This document shows, piece by piece, positions 9,963 to 18,874 of a stretch of 64,000 nt of DNA. The notes under the pieces are model-generated. The model was not told the origin of the DNA. It worked only from the letters and a program-made list of their open reading frames with translations, and did no database searches. The first letter of the stretch is position 1; the number at the start of each line of letters is the position of its first letter. Source of the stretch: Sphingomonas sp. (GTDB taxonomy: Bacteria > Pseudomonadota > Alphaproteobacteria > Sphingomonadales > Sphingomonadaceae). The stretch spans positions 327,244 through 391,243 of the forward strand of contig NZ_JAFKMA010000002.1 of NCBI RefSeq assembly GCF_017304635.1. Reading direction: 5' to 3'. The translations under genes and the position numbers were made by a program.

Positions 9963-10388
9963 ATGTCCGTGGACGTGATCTACAAGACGAAGGCGACCGC
10001 CACTGGCGGCCGCGACGGCCATGCCCGGACCGAGGATGGCGATGTCGACGTGAACCTGGTCGTACCCAAGGAGATGGGCGGCCCGGGTGGCGCCGGCGCC
10101 AACCCGGAAAAGCTGTTCGCCTGCGGCTATTCAGCGTGCTTCCTGGGCGCGATGAAGGCGGTGTCGGGCAAAGTCGGCGTCAAGGTGCCGGCCGACGCCG
10201 CCGTCACTGCCGAGATCGGCTTCGGCCCCCGGTCGGAGGGTGGCTACGGCATCACCGCCGACCTGACGATCGACTTGCCGGGCGTTGATAAGGCCGAGGC
10301 CGAGCGCTTGGTCGCCGAAGCGCACAAGGTCTGCCCCTATTCGAATGCGACCCGCAACAACGTCGATGTGGGCCTGACGGTCGCCTGA
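9963..10388 (+). CDS. ohr: Organic hydroperoxide resistance protein
   Basis: ATATGGRDG, NPEKLFACGYSACF and AHKVCPYSNATR with both catalytic cysteines. Confidence 0.95.
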   Translation: MSVDVIYKTKATATGGRDGHARTEDGDVDVNLVVPKEMGGPGGAGANPEKLFACGYSACFLGAMKAVSGKVGVKVPADAAVTAEIGFGPRSEGGYGITADLTIDLPGVDKAEAERLVAEAHKVCPYSNATRNNVDVGLTVA

Positions 10389-10397
10389 CGCGCGGTC

Positions 10398-11519
10398 CTA
10401 CGCGGCCCGGTCGCGTCCCACGGCGTCCTTGCGACGCAGATAGGGCGCGACCAGGTTGCGCGCGCGGAACCATTCCTGCCGCTCCGGGCTCAGCGTCGCG
10501 AAATTGCCGATGACGCGGCGGCAATCTGGCGCGCGGCACTGGCAGATCATGTGCCAGTTCGATTCGGCCAGCGTCGTCGAATAGTCCCAGGCGATCTCCT
10601 CGCCGGCCGCGATCTCGCGCAACGCCACCAGCCGCACGCCGTCCGCCCCGAACCGCAACCCGGCATTGGGCGCGCAGCTATGGTTGATGAGGTCGTCGAT
10701 CCGCCCGGACGGTCCCATGACGTGACTGGGCGTCACCTGGACGAAGCGGTCGGCCCGCCCCCGCGCGAGGCTGGGCAGGCGATCGCTGCGGAAACGGCGG
10801 CCGGTGAACGGCATCAGCGTCTCGCCGCTCGCGAAGTCGCGGCCCGCGAACACGGCACGACCGAGATGCGTTTCGCCGACCCGGAAGGCGTCCCCGGATC
10901 GCGCGCCGAACGCACCGCGCGCCAAGGCCAGCGACCGCCACGGATTGATCGTCGCCAGACCGATCATGAACCAGACGCTCGCATGGCAGGCCAGTTCGAC
11001 CAGGATATAGGCATATTCGCCGACCGGGCTGCCGGGGCTGCGCGCCGCGACCAGCAGGGTCGCGAGGTCGCCGATCGTCCACAATCCCCAGGCCGGCGAC
11101 CGCTCGCGCCCGCGATCGGCGGCGACGCTCGCCCAGGTCGGCCAGAAGCTGACCGGCACCGCCACGACGACCAGCATGTGCGCCCAGAACGCCTCGCGGA
11201 ACACCGCCCACAACGCGATGCTCGACAGGCAGGCGGCCATGCAGACCGTCTCGGTCCGCGACGGCAGGCTCCACGCCGAGCGGCGCCACAACGCCACCGT
11301 GATCGCGACGCAGGCGATGGTCGCGAACGCGAACACCCAGCGTTGCGGCGCGTCCGGATTGACCGCGGCATAGGTCGACGCCTCGACCGCGGTCGCCGCC
11401 GACCAGATCAGCCACGACGCGCGGTTGGGCTCGACCAGATGCCGGCGCAGCCCCGCCAGGTACGCCGCATACCCCGCGAAACTCGCGGCCAGCGCCACCC
11501 CGAACCACGCTCCGATCAT
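10398..11519 (-). CDS. Multi-pass membrane domain fused to a SET/post-SET domain
   Basis: About 195-aa hydrophobic N-terminus; GRAVFA, NHSCAPN, EEIAWDY and CQCRAPDC SET motifs; start ATG 11519 or GTG 11522. Confidence 0.85.
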   Translation of the reverse strand: MIGAWFGVALAASFAGYAAYLAGLRRHLVEPNRASWLIWSAATAVEASTYAAVNPDAPQRWVFAFATIACVAITVALWRRSAWSLPSRTETVCMAACLSSIALWAVFREAFWAHMLVVVAVPVSFWPTWASVAADRGRERSPAWGLWTIGDLATLLVAARSPGSPVGEYAYILVELACHASVWFMIGLATINPWRSLALARGAFGARSGDAFRVGETHLGRAVFAGRDFASGETLMPFTGRRFRSDRLPSLARGRADRFVQVTPSHVMGPSGRIDDLINHSCAPNAGLRFGADGVRLVALREIAAGEEIAWDYSTTLAESNWHMICQCRAPDCRRVIGNFATLSPERQEWFRARNLVAPYLRRKDAVGRDRAA

Positions 11520-11642
11520 CACCCCGCCCGCGAAAACGCCCCGAAAAACAACGCGGCGTTTACCATGTTGGACCGAATCCGTCCATGCGAGGCGCGGAAG
11601 TTTGCGCGGGGCGGGGTGGGAGACTCAGTTCATCTGAACCTC

Positions 11643-11723
11643 GTCATTGCAAGGAGCGAAGCGACGCGGCAATCTAGGCCTCGGGTACGGTGCACGTGGA
11701 CTGCTTCGCTTCGCTTGCAATGA
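11643..11723. repeat. Alphaproteobacterial palindromic repeat (GTCATTGC...GCAATGA type)
   Basis: GTCATTGCAAGGAGCGAAGCGACGCGGCAATC ... GACTGCTTCGCTTCGCTTGCAATGA. Confidence 0.8.
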
Positions 11724-11792
11724 GGCGGAGGTCGGCCCTTCGCTGTCGCTCGGGAATTTTCCGGCGCGGACGTTCGCTGACAGCCGGAAAAT

Positions 11793-11869
11793 TGGTCGGG
11801 AAGAGAGGATTCGAACCTCCGGCCCCTGCCTCCCGAAGACAGTGCTCTACCAGGCTGAGCTACTCCCCG
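11793..11869 (-). tRNA. tRNA-Pro (anticodon CGG)
   Basis: 77-nt cloverleaf CGGGGAGTAGCTCAGCCTGGTAGAGCA...TTCGGGA loop...GGTTCGAATCC...CCCGACCA with encoded CCA. Confidence 0.97.
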
Positions 11870-11984
11870 ACGGAGTACCGGATCGCGGGCCGCTCGGGGG
11901 CCTACCGGTGCTTGGAGGCGCGCCTATAGCCAGCGCGATGCGGGGACGCAAGCGGCTGTAGCGGGCGGGTGGCGACTAAATCTC

Positions 11985-12071
11985 CGTCGTCTCGGCGGAG
12001 AGCGAGGGCGCCGTGTTTTGGGTCGCTCGTTTCCCGATAATCCAGCGGCCCCGGCCTGCGCCGGGGCGACG
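11985..12071. repeat. REP-like element, copy 3 (left arm degenerate)
   Basis: Right arm GCCCCGGCCTGCGCCGGGGCGACG (12048-12071) matches the copy 2 arm; decayed left arm CGTCGTCTCGGCGGAGAGCGAGGG. Confidence 0.65.
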
Positions 12072-12072
12072 A

Positions 12073-13389
12073 TCAGTGTCTGGCCGCCAGCATCGCGTCG
12101 ATGCTCGTCAGCTTCTCGCGCGGGGAGCCGGCACGCGCGGCGGCGATTTCGGCGGCTTCGATCTTCTGCCAGTCGCGGAACGTGACGACGTCGGTGCCGC
12201 GCGTCGCCAGCAGCGCGTCGAGCCCGGCACGGCCCGCCTTGCCGCTCGCGTCGGCCGTGTCGGCGGCGATCTGCTCGGCGATCAGGAAGCCGTCGGGGCG
12301 GTTGGTGCCGATCGTGCCGGTCGGGCCCCGGCGCGCCCAGCCGACCGCATAGAGGCCGGGCGCGATCCGCCCCTCGTCATTGGCGAAGCGGCCGAGCTTC
12401 GCGTCGTATGGGACGCCCTCGATTGGCGGGGTGCGATAGCCGATGCAACTGACGACGAGCGCGGCGGGGATCGCATAGGTCTCGCCGGTGCCGTGCGCGC
12501 CGCCGTCGGCGCCGATCGCCGTCCGCTCGACGATGACGCGTTCGACCTTGCCGTCCCCCTCGATCGCGACCGGCATGGCGTAGAAGTCGAAGTCGATCGT
12601 GATCGGCTTGGCCGCCACCTCCACAGTTGCGAAGTTGCGCAAATGCGTGACCGATTTGCGCAGGCCCGGTTCGAGCGGCGCGTCGTCGGCTTCCGGCGGC
12701 AGGTCGGCGGCATCGACACGCGGCGCGGCGCGCGACAGATGGCCGAGTTCGCCCAATTCCTTCGGCGTCATCGCGATCTGGTGCGGGCCGCGGCGGGCGA
12801 GGATGGTGATGGTCTCGTGGCTCGCGCCGCCGAGATGGTCGAGCGCGTGGCCGACGATATCCGACCCCTCGAACTCCGCCGCCGTCTTGGCGAGGATGCG
12901 CGCGACGTCGAGCGCGACGTTGCCCGCGCCGACCACGACCGCGCCGGGGCCGCTCAGCACCGGGGCGAGGTCGGCGAAATCGGGATGGCCGTTATACCAG
13001 CCGACGAATGCCGCCGACCCGACCACGCCGGGCAAATCGTCGCCGGGAATGCCGAGCGGCCGGTCGGCGGGCGCGCCGGTCGCGAGCACGACCGCGTCAT
13101 AGAGGTCGAGCAGTTCGGGGATGCTCACGTCCTTGCCCACCGTCACGTTGCCGACGAAGCGGACGTTATCGGACAAAGCGGTCGCTTCGTAGCGGCGGCT
13201 GACGCCCTTGATCGACTGATGGTCGGGCGCGACCCCGGTGCGGATCAGGCCGTAGGGGACGGGCAGGCGGTCGATGATGTCGACGCGCACGCCGCCACCG
13301 GCCGCGGCATCGTCGCCGAACTGCTTCTGGCACGCTTCGGCCGTATAATATCCCGCCGGTCCCGAACCGATGATCGCGACGTGCCGCAT
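12073..13389 (-). CDS. FprA/adrenodoxin-reductase-type ferredoxin-NADP+ reductase
   Basis: IIGSGPAGYY, PYGLIRTGVAPDH, FVGWYNGHP, GAGNVALDVAR and GWARRGPTGTIGTN motifs. Confidence 0.9.
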   Translation of the reverse strand: MRHVAIIGSGPAGYYTAEACQKQFGDDAAAGGGVRVDIIDRLPVPYGLIRTGVAPDHQSIKGVSRRYEATALSDNVRFVGNVTVGKDVSIPELLDLYDAVVLATGAPADRPLGIPGDDLPGVVGSAAFVGWYNGHPDFADLAPVLSGPGAVVVGAGNVALDVARILAKTAAEFEGSDIVGHALDHLGGASHETITILARRGPHQIAMTPKELGELGHLSRAAPRVDAADLPPEADDAPLEPGLRKSVTHLRNFATVEVAAKPITIDFDFYAMPVAIEGDGKVERVIVERTAIGADGGAHGTGETYAIPAALVVSCIGYRTPPIEGVPYDAKLGRFANDEGRIAPGLYAVGWARRGPTGTIGTNRPDGFLIAEQIAADTADASGKAGRAGLDALLATRGTDVVTFRDWQKIEAAEIAAARAGSPREKLTSIDAMLAARH

Positions 13390-13491
13390 CATCCTCTCCC
13401 GCTGTTTTGCCGACCCTAGCGGCGCGCGCGAAGACTGGAAAGGCGCAGAAATCCTTGGCCGGAGCGGCCGGTGGCGTTATCTGTGCCGGGG

Positions 13492-14118
13492 ATGCCCTCG
13501 CTCGTCCGCGAATTCCTGAGCGAGATGTCGCCGATCGAGGGCGTCGCGGCGGTGCTCGTCCTCGTCAACGTGTGGCTGGTCGCGCGACGCAGCATCTGGA
13601 ACTATGCGTTCGGTGTCGCCGGGGTCGCCATCTACGGGTGGGTGTTCTTTCACGCCCGCCTCTACAGCGACGCGCTGTTGCAGGTCTTCTTCCTGGTGCT
13701 TAACCTCTACGGCCTCGCCAAGTGGCGCCAGTCGCGGGCCCAGGCCGGCGAGGTGGTCGTCGAGCGGCTCGGCGTCGGCAAGCGCTTTGCCTGGGCGGGC
13801 GGGATCCTGGTTGCGATCGCGGTGTGGGGCTGGCTGATGCACCGCTTCACCGACGCCTCGCTGCCCTGGTGGGACGCCGGCGTCGCGATGACCAGCGTCG
13901 CCGCGCAATTGCTGATGTCGTGGCGCAAGCTGGAGAATTGGTGGCTGTGGATCGCCGCCAACATGCTGTCGATCGGGCTCTACGCCGTGAAGGGCCTGTG
14001 GATCACGATGGCGCTCTACGTCGTGCTGCTCGGATTGGCGATTTGGGGGCTGGCGCGCTGGCGGGCGGCACGGGTAGAGGCGCCGAGGGGCCGTACTCAG
14101 TTGGAACGTGGATCGTGA
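13492..14118 (+). CDS. pnuC: Nicotinamide riboside transporter PnuC
   Basis: RRSIWNYAFG, LYSDALLQVFF, PWWDA and LENWWLWIAAN motifs; the last residues are encoded by the downstream repeat element. Confidence 0.9.
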   Translation: MPSLVREFLSEMSPIEGVAAVLVLVNVWLVARRSIWNYAFGVAGVAIYGWVFFHARLYSDALLQVFFLVLNLYGLAKWRQSRAQAGEVVVERLGVGKRFAWAGGILVAIAVWGWLMHRFTDASLPWWDAGVAMTSVAAQLLMSWRKLENWWLWIAANMLSIGLYAVKGLWITMALYVVLLGLAIWGLARWRAARVEAPRGRTQLERGS

Positions 14119-14355
14119 TCGCTCGGAGCAACCCGCTGGCAAGGAACGCCGCGCCGTCGCGTAGCCAAAGCTACGCGCCAGCAAGTGACGCCGTCCAGCG
14201 GGTTGCTCCGAGCGACCGCTTTGCGGCGGGCCGATTTTGGCGCCGGGCGGCGTCGCTGCGTCAGTCACGATGCTTGCGGCATCGCTCCTTCCTTGCTTCT
14301 GGCCCGACCCCAAAATCGGCGCCGTTACGACCGCGTTCCAACTGAGTACGGCCCC
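14087..14355. mobile_element. MITE-like element with nested inverted repeats
   Basis: Perfect 22-bp terminal IR GGGGCCGTACTCAGTTGGAACG (14087-14108 / 14334-14355); internal 21-bp and 11-bp IRs; no transposase. Confidence 0.75.
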
Positions 14356-14359
14356 TTAG

Positions 14360-14893
14360 ATGAAACTCCGCTCGATCTGCCTGCACGGCCCCGAAAGCAC
14401 GGGCAAGTCGACGATGGCGCCAGAGCTCGCGCGGCATTTCGGGTCGGCCTGCGTGGTCGAATATGGCCGCACTTATACGGAGGCGTTCGGGACCGGCTGG
14501 ACGATGGCCGACCTGGTCGCGATCGCGCAGGCGCACGATGCGCAGACGCGCTCCGCGATCGCCAGCGGCCGCACCCCGGTGATCCTCGACACCGACCCGC
14601 TGATGACCGAGGTCTGGGCGGAGATGCTGTACGGCAAGCACGATCCATGGTTCGATTCGTGGAGCGGGTGCGCCGACCTCTATCTGCTGTTCGAACCCGA
14701 TCTGCCCTGGGTCGATGACGGCACCCGCATGTTCGGCACCCCGGCCAAGCGCGCCAAATTCTACGATCTGTCGAAACAGGTGCTGGAACGCCGCGGCGTC
14801 CGCTGGCTGACGGTCAGCGGCAAGGGCGAGAAGCGGTATCTCAACGCGCTGAAGGCGATCCTGGGCACCGAGAAGGCGATGGCCGACGCCTGA
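14360..14893 (+). CDS. NadR-like AAA ATPase / ribosylnicotinamide kinase
   Basis: [23 protein letters not shown] and PWVDDGTR motifs; adjacent to pnuC. Confidence 0.88.
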   Translation: MKLRSICLHGPESTGKSTMAPELARHFGSACVVEYGRTYTEAFGTGWTMADLVAIAQAHDAQTRSAIASGRTPVILDTDPLMTEVWAEMLYGKHDPWFDSWSGCADLYLLFEPDLPWVDDGTRMFGTPAKRAKFYDLSKQVLERRGVRWLTVSGKGEKRYLNALKAILGTEKAMADA

Positions 14894-15005
14894 GAGTGTG
14901 TCGCGAAATTCGCGGAAGGGCGAGTTTCGATGCGGGGCCGATGCCGCCAATCTACACGCTCTCGCTTTGGCTTTGCCGCGCAGCCTGCTATCGGCGCCGC
15001 CAATC

Positions 15006-16802
15006 ATGACCACGCCCCTCGACAAGATCCGCAATTTCTCGATCATCGCGCATATCGACCATGGTAAGTCGACGCTGGCCGATCGCCTGATCCAGCGCAC
15101 CGGCGGCCTGTCTGACCGCGAGATGTCGGCGCAGGTGCTCGATAACATGGAGATCGAGAAGGAGCGCGGCATCACCATCAAGGCGCAGACCGTGCGCCTG
15201 GAGTGGAAGGGCTACGAGCTCAACCTGATGGACACGCCGGGGCATGTCGACTTCGCGTACGAAGTGTCGCGGAGCCTGGCAGCGTGCGAAGGCGCGTTGC
15301 TGGTGGTCGACGCGGCGCAGGGGGTCGAGGCGCAGACGCTCGCCAACGTCTATCAGTCGATCGAGCACGACCATGAGATCGTGCCGGTCATCAACAAGAT
15401 CGACCTGTCCGCCGCCGAGCCGGAGAAGGTGCGGGCCGAGATCGAGGAAGTGATCGGGCTCGACGCGTCCGGCGCGGTGCTGGCCTCGGCCAAGTCGGGG
15501 ATCGGCATCGATGAGATCCTCGACGCGGTGGTCGAGCGCATCCCGGCGCCCAAGGGCGACGCCTTGGCGCCGCTGAAAGCGATGCTGGTCGACAGCTGGT
15601 ACGACCCGTATCTCGGCGTCGTCATCCTCGTCCGCGTGATCGACGGCGTGCTGAAGAAGGGGCAGCAGGTCACCTTCATGCAGGCGGGGACGCAGCATCT
15701 GGTCGATCGCGTCGGCTGCTTCCGCCCCAAGATCGAGCAGTTGAGCCAGCTCGCGCCGGGCGAGATCGGCTTCATCACCGCGCAGATCAAGGATGTCGCG
15801 CAGGCCCGCGTCGGTGATACGCTGACCGATGCGAAGAAGCCCGCCGCCGAAGCGCTGCCGGGGTTCAAGGAAGTCCAGCCGGTGGTGTTCTGCGGGCTGT
15901 TCCCGGTCGATGCCAACGACTTCGAGAAGCTTCGTGAGTCGATTTCGAAGCTGCGGCTCAACGACGCCAGCTTTTCGTTCGAGATGGAGACCTCGGCCGC
16001 GCTCGGCTTCGGGTTCCGCTGCGGGTTCCTCGGGCTGCTCCACTTGGAGATCATCCAGGAGCGGCTGACGCGCGAATACGATCTCGACCTCATCACGACG
16101 GCGCCGTCGGTGGTGTACCAGATCGAGCTCACGCACGGCGGCGGGCATATCGAACTGCACAATCCGGCCGACATGCCCGAGCCGAACAAGATCGAGAGCA
16201 TCGCCGAGCCGTGGATCCTGGCGACGATCTACACCCCCGACGAATATCTCGGCTCGATCCTGAAGCTGTGCCAGGACCGGCGCGGCATCCAGAAGAACCT
16301 GACCTATGTCAGCGGACGCGCGCAGGTGACGTACGAATTGCCGCTCAACGAAGTGGTGTTCGATTTCTACGACCGGCTGAAATCGCTGTCGAAGGGCTAT
16401 GCGAGTTTCGACTACAACCAGATCGGCTACCGTGAGGGTGACCTGGTCAAGATGGGCATCCTGGTCAACGAGGAGCCGGTCGATGCGCTCAGCATGATCG
16501 TCCACCGCGCGACCGCCGAGGTACGCGGGCGCGGCATGGTCGAGCGGTTGAAGGAACTGATCCCGCGCCACCTGTTCAAGATTCCGATCCAGGCGGCGAT
16601 CGGCGGCAAGGTGATCGCGCGCGAGACGATCAGTGCGATGCGCAAGGACGTGACCGCGAAATGTTATGGCGGCGACGCGACGCGCAAGCGCAAGCTGTTG
16701 GAAAAGCAGAAGAAGGGCAAGGCGAAGATGCGCGAATACGGGAGCGTCAGCATCCCGCAGGAAGCGTTCATCGCCGCGTTGCGGATGGGCGACGAGGGTT
16801 AG
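15006..16802 (+). CDS. lepA: Translation elongation factor 4
   Basis: [30 protein letters not shown] and [14 protein letters not shown]. Confidence 0.98.
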   Translation: MTTPLDKIRNFSIIAHIDHGKSTLADRLIQRTGGLSDREMSAQVLDNMEIEKERGITIKAQTVRLEWKGYELNLMDTPGHVDFAYEVSRSLAACEGALLVVDAAQGVEAQTLANVYQSIEHDHEIVPVINKIDLSAAEPEKVRAEIEEVIGLDASGAVLASAKSGIGIDEILDAVVERIPAPKGDALAPLKAMLVDSWYDPYLGVVILVRVIDGVLKKGQQVTFMQAGTQHLVDRVGCFRPKIEQLSQLAPGEIGFITAQIKDVAQARVGDTLTDAKKPAAEALPGFKEVQPVVFCGLFPVDANDFEKLRESISKLRLNDASFSFEMETSAALGFGFRCGFLGLLHLEIIQERLTREYDLDLITTAPSVVYQIELTHGGGHIELHNPADMPEPNKIESIAEPWILATIYTPDEYLGSILKLCQDRRGIQKNLTYVSGRAQVTYELPLNEVVFDFYDRLKSLSKGYASFDYNQIGYREGDLVKMGILVNEEPVDALSMIVHRATAEVRGRGMVERLKELIPRHLFKIPIQAAIGGKVIARETISAMRKDVTAKCYGGDATRKRKLLEKQKKGKAKMREYGSVSIPQEAFIAALRMGDEG

Positions 16803-16846
16803 GCGTAGCCGTCACCCCGGTTCAACGCCGCGGCGACGAGCGCCCC

Positions 16847-17485
16847 TTAGCGCTTGCCGCAACGCAGGCTGGGTTCAACGCTGACCTTGCCGGCGGCATC
16901 GCGCGAGAACAATTGGACGTCCCGGCACAGCTTGCCGCCAACCGTCCGTTCGGCCCCCAGCACTTCCAGCGAGCGTTCGCCGTCGCTGGCGGGGACGTCG
17001 ACGATATCGGGGCTGGCGCTCGCCGAATCGAGCGTGGCGTCGGTCGTGCCGGCGAGCACGGCCGCCGGCGCGTCGCCCGCGGGCATCGCTTCGGCCGGGG
17101 CCGCCGCGACATGTGCGGGCCGGTGCGTGTGGGAAAGGCGTGGCGCGTGCCGCTCCGGCGCCGCGGCCGGGCGATCGGGGATCGCCAACGTTGCCGAATA
17201 GCTGGTCGCCGGGGCGGGCGCGGGAAGCAGCGCGACATAGGTCAGGAACAGCCCGACCGACGCGACCCCGATCAGCACCTTGCCCGGCACCGCTCGCGCA
17301 CCGGTCTGTCCTTCGGCGCCGGTCAGCATCGTGTAGCGATCCTGCACCCGCTCGAACGCGATCCGCCGCGACCCGATGCTGATCGCGAACCGGCTGTGCT
17401 TCAGCGTGCGATGGTAGCTGGGAACGACGCTGCCCTGCGGCCGGGCGGGCGCGGCGACGACGGGCGGACCGCTGGCGATGGTCAT
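16847..17485 (-). CDS. Hypothetical single-TM protein with Pro/Ala linker and C-terminal CR...C motif
   Basis: Hydrophobic VLIGVASVGLFLTYVALL; LCRDVQLF...LRCG; start uncertain (17485 or 17329). Confidence 0.6.
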   Translation of the reverse strand: MTIASGPPVVAAPARPQGSVVPSYHRTLKHSRFAISIGSRRIAFERVQDRYTMLTGAEGQTGARAVPGKVLIGVASVGLFLTYVALLPAPAPATSYSATLAIPDRPAAAPERHAPRLSHTHRPAHVAAAPAEAMPAGDAPAAVLAGTTDATLDSASASPDIVDVPASDGERSLEVLGAERTVGGKLCRDVQLFSRDAAGKVSVEPSLRCGKR

Positions 17486-17605
17486 GACCTTCTCCGACTC
17501 GATGGGAACGAGCCGCGATCAAAGCGCAGCGCGGGGGGCAGCGCAAGGCGGCAGGCCGACCGGGCCGCCGCCGCGACCTTGCGACAATTCGATGCAATTG
17601 CGGCG

Positions 17606-17630
17606 GGAACGCGCTGGAACGGCAGGCGTT
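17606..17630 (+). promoter_or_regulatory. EcfG/sigma-T-type promoter
   Basis: GGAAC-N16-CGTT exact match 50 bp upstream of ATG 17681. Confidence 0.65.
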
Positions 17631-17680
17631 TTCCCTGGGTCCATCCGGACTCATGTGTAACCAGTATCGAGAGGTCCGCC

Positions 17681-17953
17681 ATGAATAAACTTCTGACCGC
17701 AGCACTCGTCGCGAGTGCCGGCATCGCATCGATCGCCGCCATACCCGCCCAGGCCGCCGACGGTTGCGGCCGTGGCTATCACCGTGGCCCGTACGGCCAT
17801 TGCCGCCCCAACATGGGCCCCGGCCCGGTCGTCGTTCGCGAGCCGGGCGTCAATCTGGTCATCGGCAACTACTATCCGCGCCGTGGCTATTGGGACGGCC
17901 GCCGCTATTGGTGGCACCGCGAACGGTGGAACGGCGGCTGGCGCTATCGCTAA
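17681..17953 (+). CDS. Small secreted GCG...CRPN-motif protein with Gly/Arg/Trp/Tyr-rich tail
   Basis: Signal peptide ending AQA; DGCGRGYHRGPYGHCRPN; GAGAGG RBS; 90 aa. Confidence 0.85.
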   Translation: MNKLLTAALVASAGIASIAAIPAQAADGCGRGYHRGPYGHCRPNMGPGPVVVREPGVNLVIGNYYPRRGYWDGRRYWWHRERWNGGWRYR

Positions 17954-17979
17954 GGGCCGGTCCGGCAACGGATAAAGAC

Positions 17980-18009
17980 AGGGCGGCTCCGAGCGATCGG
18001 GGCCGCCCT
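17980..18009. terminator. Hairpin after the small secreted protein
   Basis: 13-bp stem AGGGCGGCTCCGA / TCGGGGCCGCCCT with one G-U pair; weak U tract. Confidence 0.55.
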
Positions 18010-18080
18010 TCGCATGTGCGCCGCCAGCTTGCGAAATGGCGGATTTTGGCGTATCCGCGCTTTCTGTTGCAGTGCACAAT

Positions 18081-18839
18081 ATGACCGCCAGCGCCTCCCT
18101 GCTCACGTCGATCCACGACGTCTCCCCCAAGTTCGAAAGCCAGGTCGATCGCCTGGCCGACTTGGTTTCGCGCGGCATGGACGCGCCGCGTTACGCGATG
18201 CTGGTGGTGCCCGACCATTGGGGCGACGCGCCGATCGTCGCGGGGACGCCGTTTGCCAGCCGGCTGCGGGCGTGGTCGGACGCCGGGGTCGACATGTTCG
18301 TCCACGGCTGGTTCCACCTCGACCGCTCCGAGCATGAAGGTGCGATGGCGCGGTTCAAGGCCAAGCGCATGACCGCGGGGGAGGGTGAGTTTCTCGGCCT
18401 CGACCATGCGACCGCCCGCGCGCGGATGGCCGACGGACGCAAGCTGATCGAGGATATCATCGGCCGCCCGGCGCAGGGGTTCATCGCCCCGGCCTGGCTG
18501 TACGGCGAGGGGGCGCGACAAGCGCTGGGCGAGGAAGGCTTCGCGCTCGCCGAGGATCACATGCGCGTCTGGCGCCCGAGCGACGGCGCGGTGCTGGCGC
18601 GCGGACCGGTCATCACCTGGGCGAGCCGCAGCCGCTGGCGCATCGCCTCGTCGCTGGCGGTGGCGGCGGTGGCGCGCGCGGCGCTGCCGCGGCGGCCGTG
18701 GATGCGGCTCGCCGTTCATCCTGGGGACACCAACGTCCCGGCATTGCTCGACAGCATCGCGAGCACAATCGCCAGTTTGTCGCGGGGGGCGCGTTTCGCC
18801 CGGTACCGCGAGCTTGTCGAACCAGCCGCCGCGGCCTGA
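18081..18839 (+). CDS. DUF2334-like polysaccharide deacetylase-fold protein
   Basis: SIHDVSP, FVHGWFH, EGEFLGL, GFIAPAWL and RLAVHPGD motifs. Confidence 0.8.
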   Translation: MTASASLLTSIHDVSPKFESQVDRLADLVSRGMDAPRYAMLVVPDHWGDAPIVAGTPFASRLRAWSDAGVDMFVHGWFHLDRSEHEGAMARFKAKRMTAGEGEFLGLDHATARARMADGRKLIEDIIGRPAQGFIAPAWLYGEGARQALGEEGFALAEDHMRVWRPSDGAVLARGPVITWASRSRWRIASSLAVAAVARAALPRRPWMRLAVHPGDTNVPALLDSIASTIASLSRGARFARYRELVEPAAAA

Positions 18840-18874
18840 GCGCGGCGAGCACGGGAGGGGTGGACGACGTTCGC

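Noticed and set aside
10398-11869. Integrative island at the tRNA-Pro 3' end
   Set aside because: No integrase and no duplicated tRNA 3' end (att) visible; the SET gene shows host-like composition
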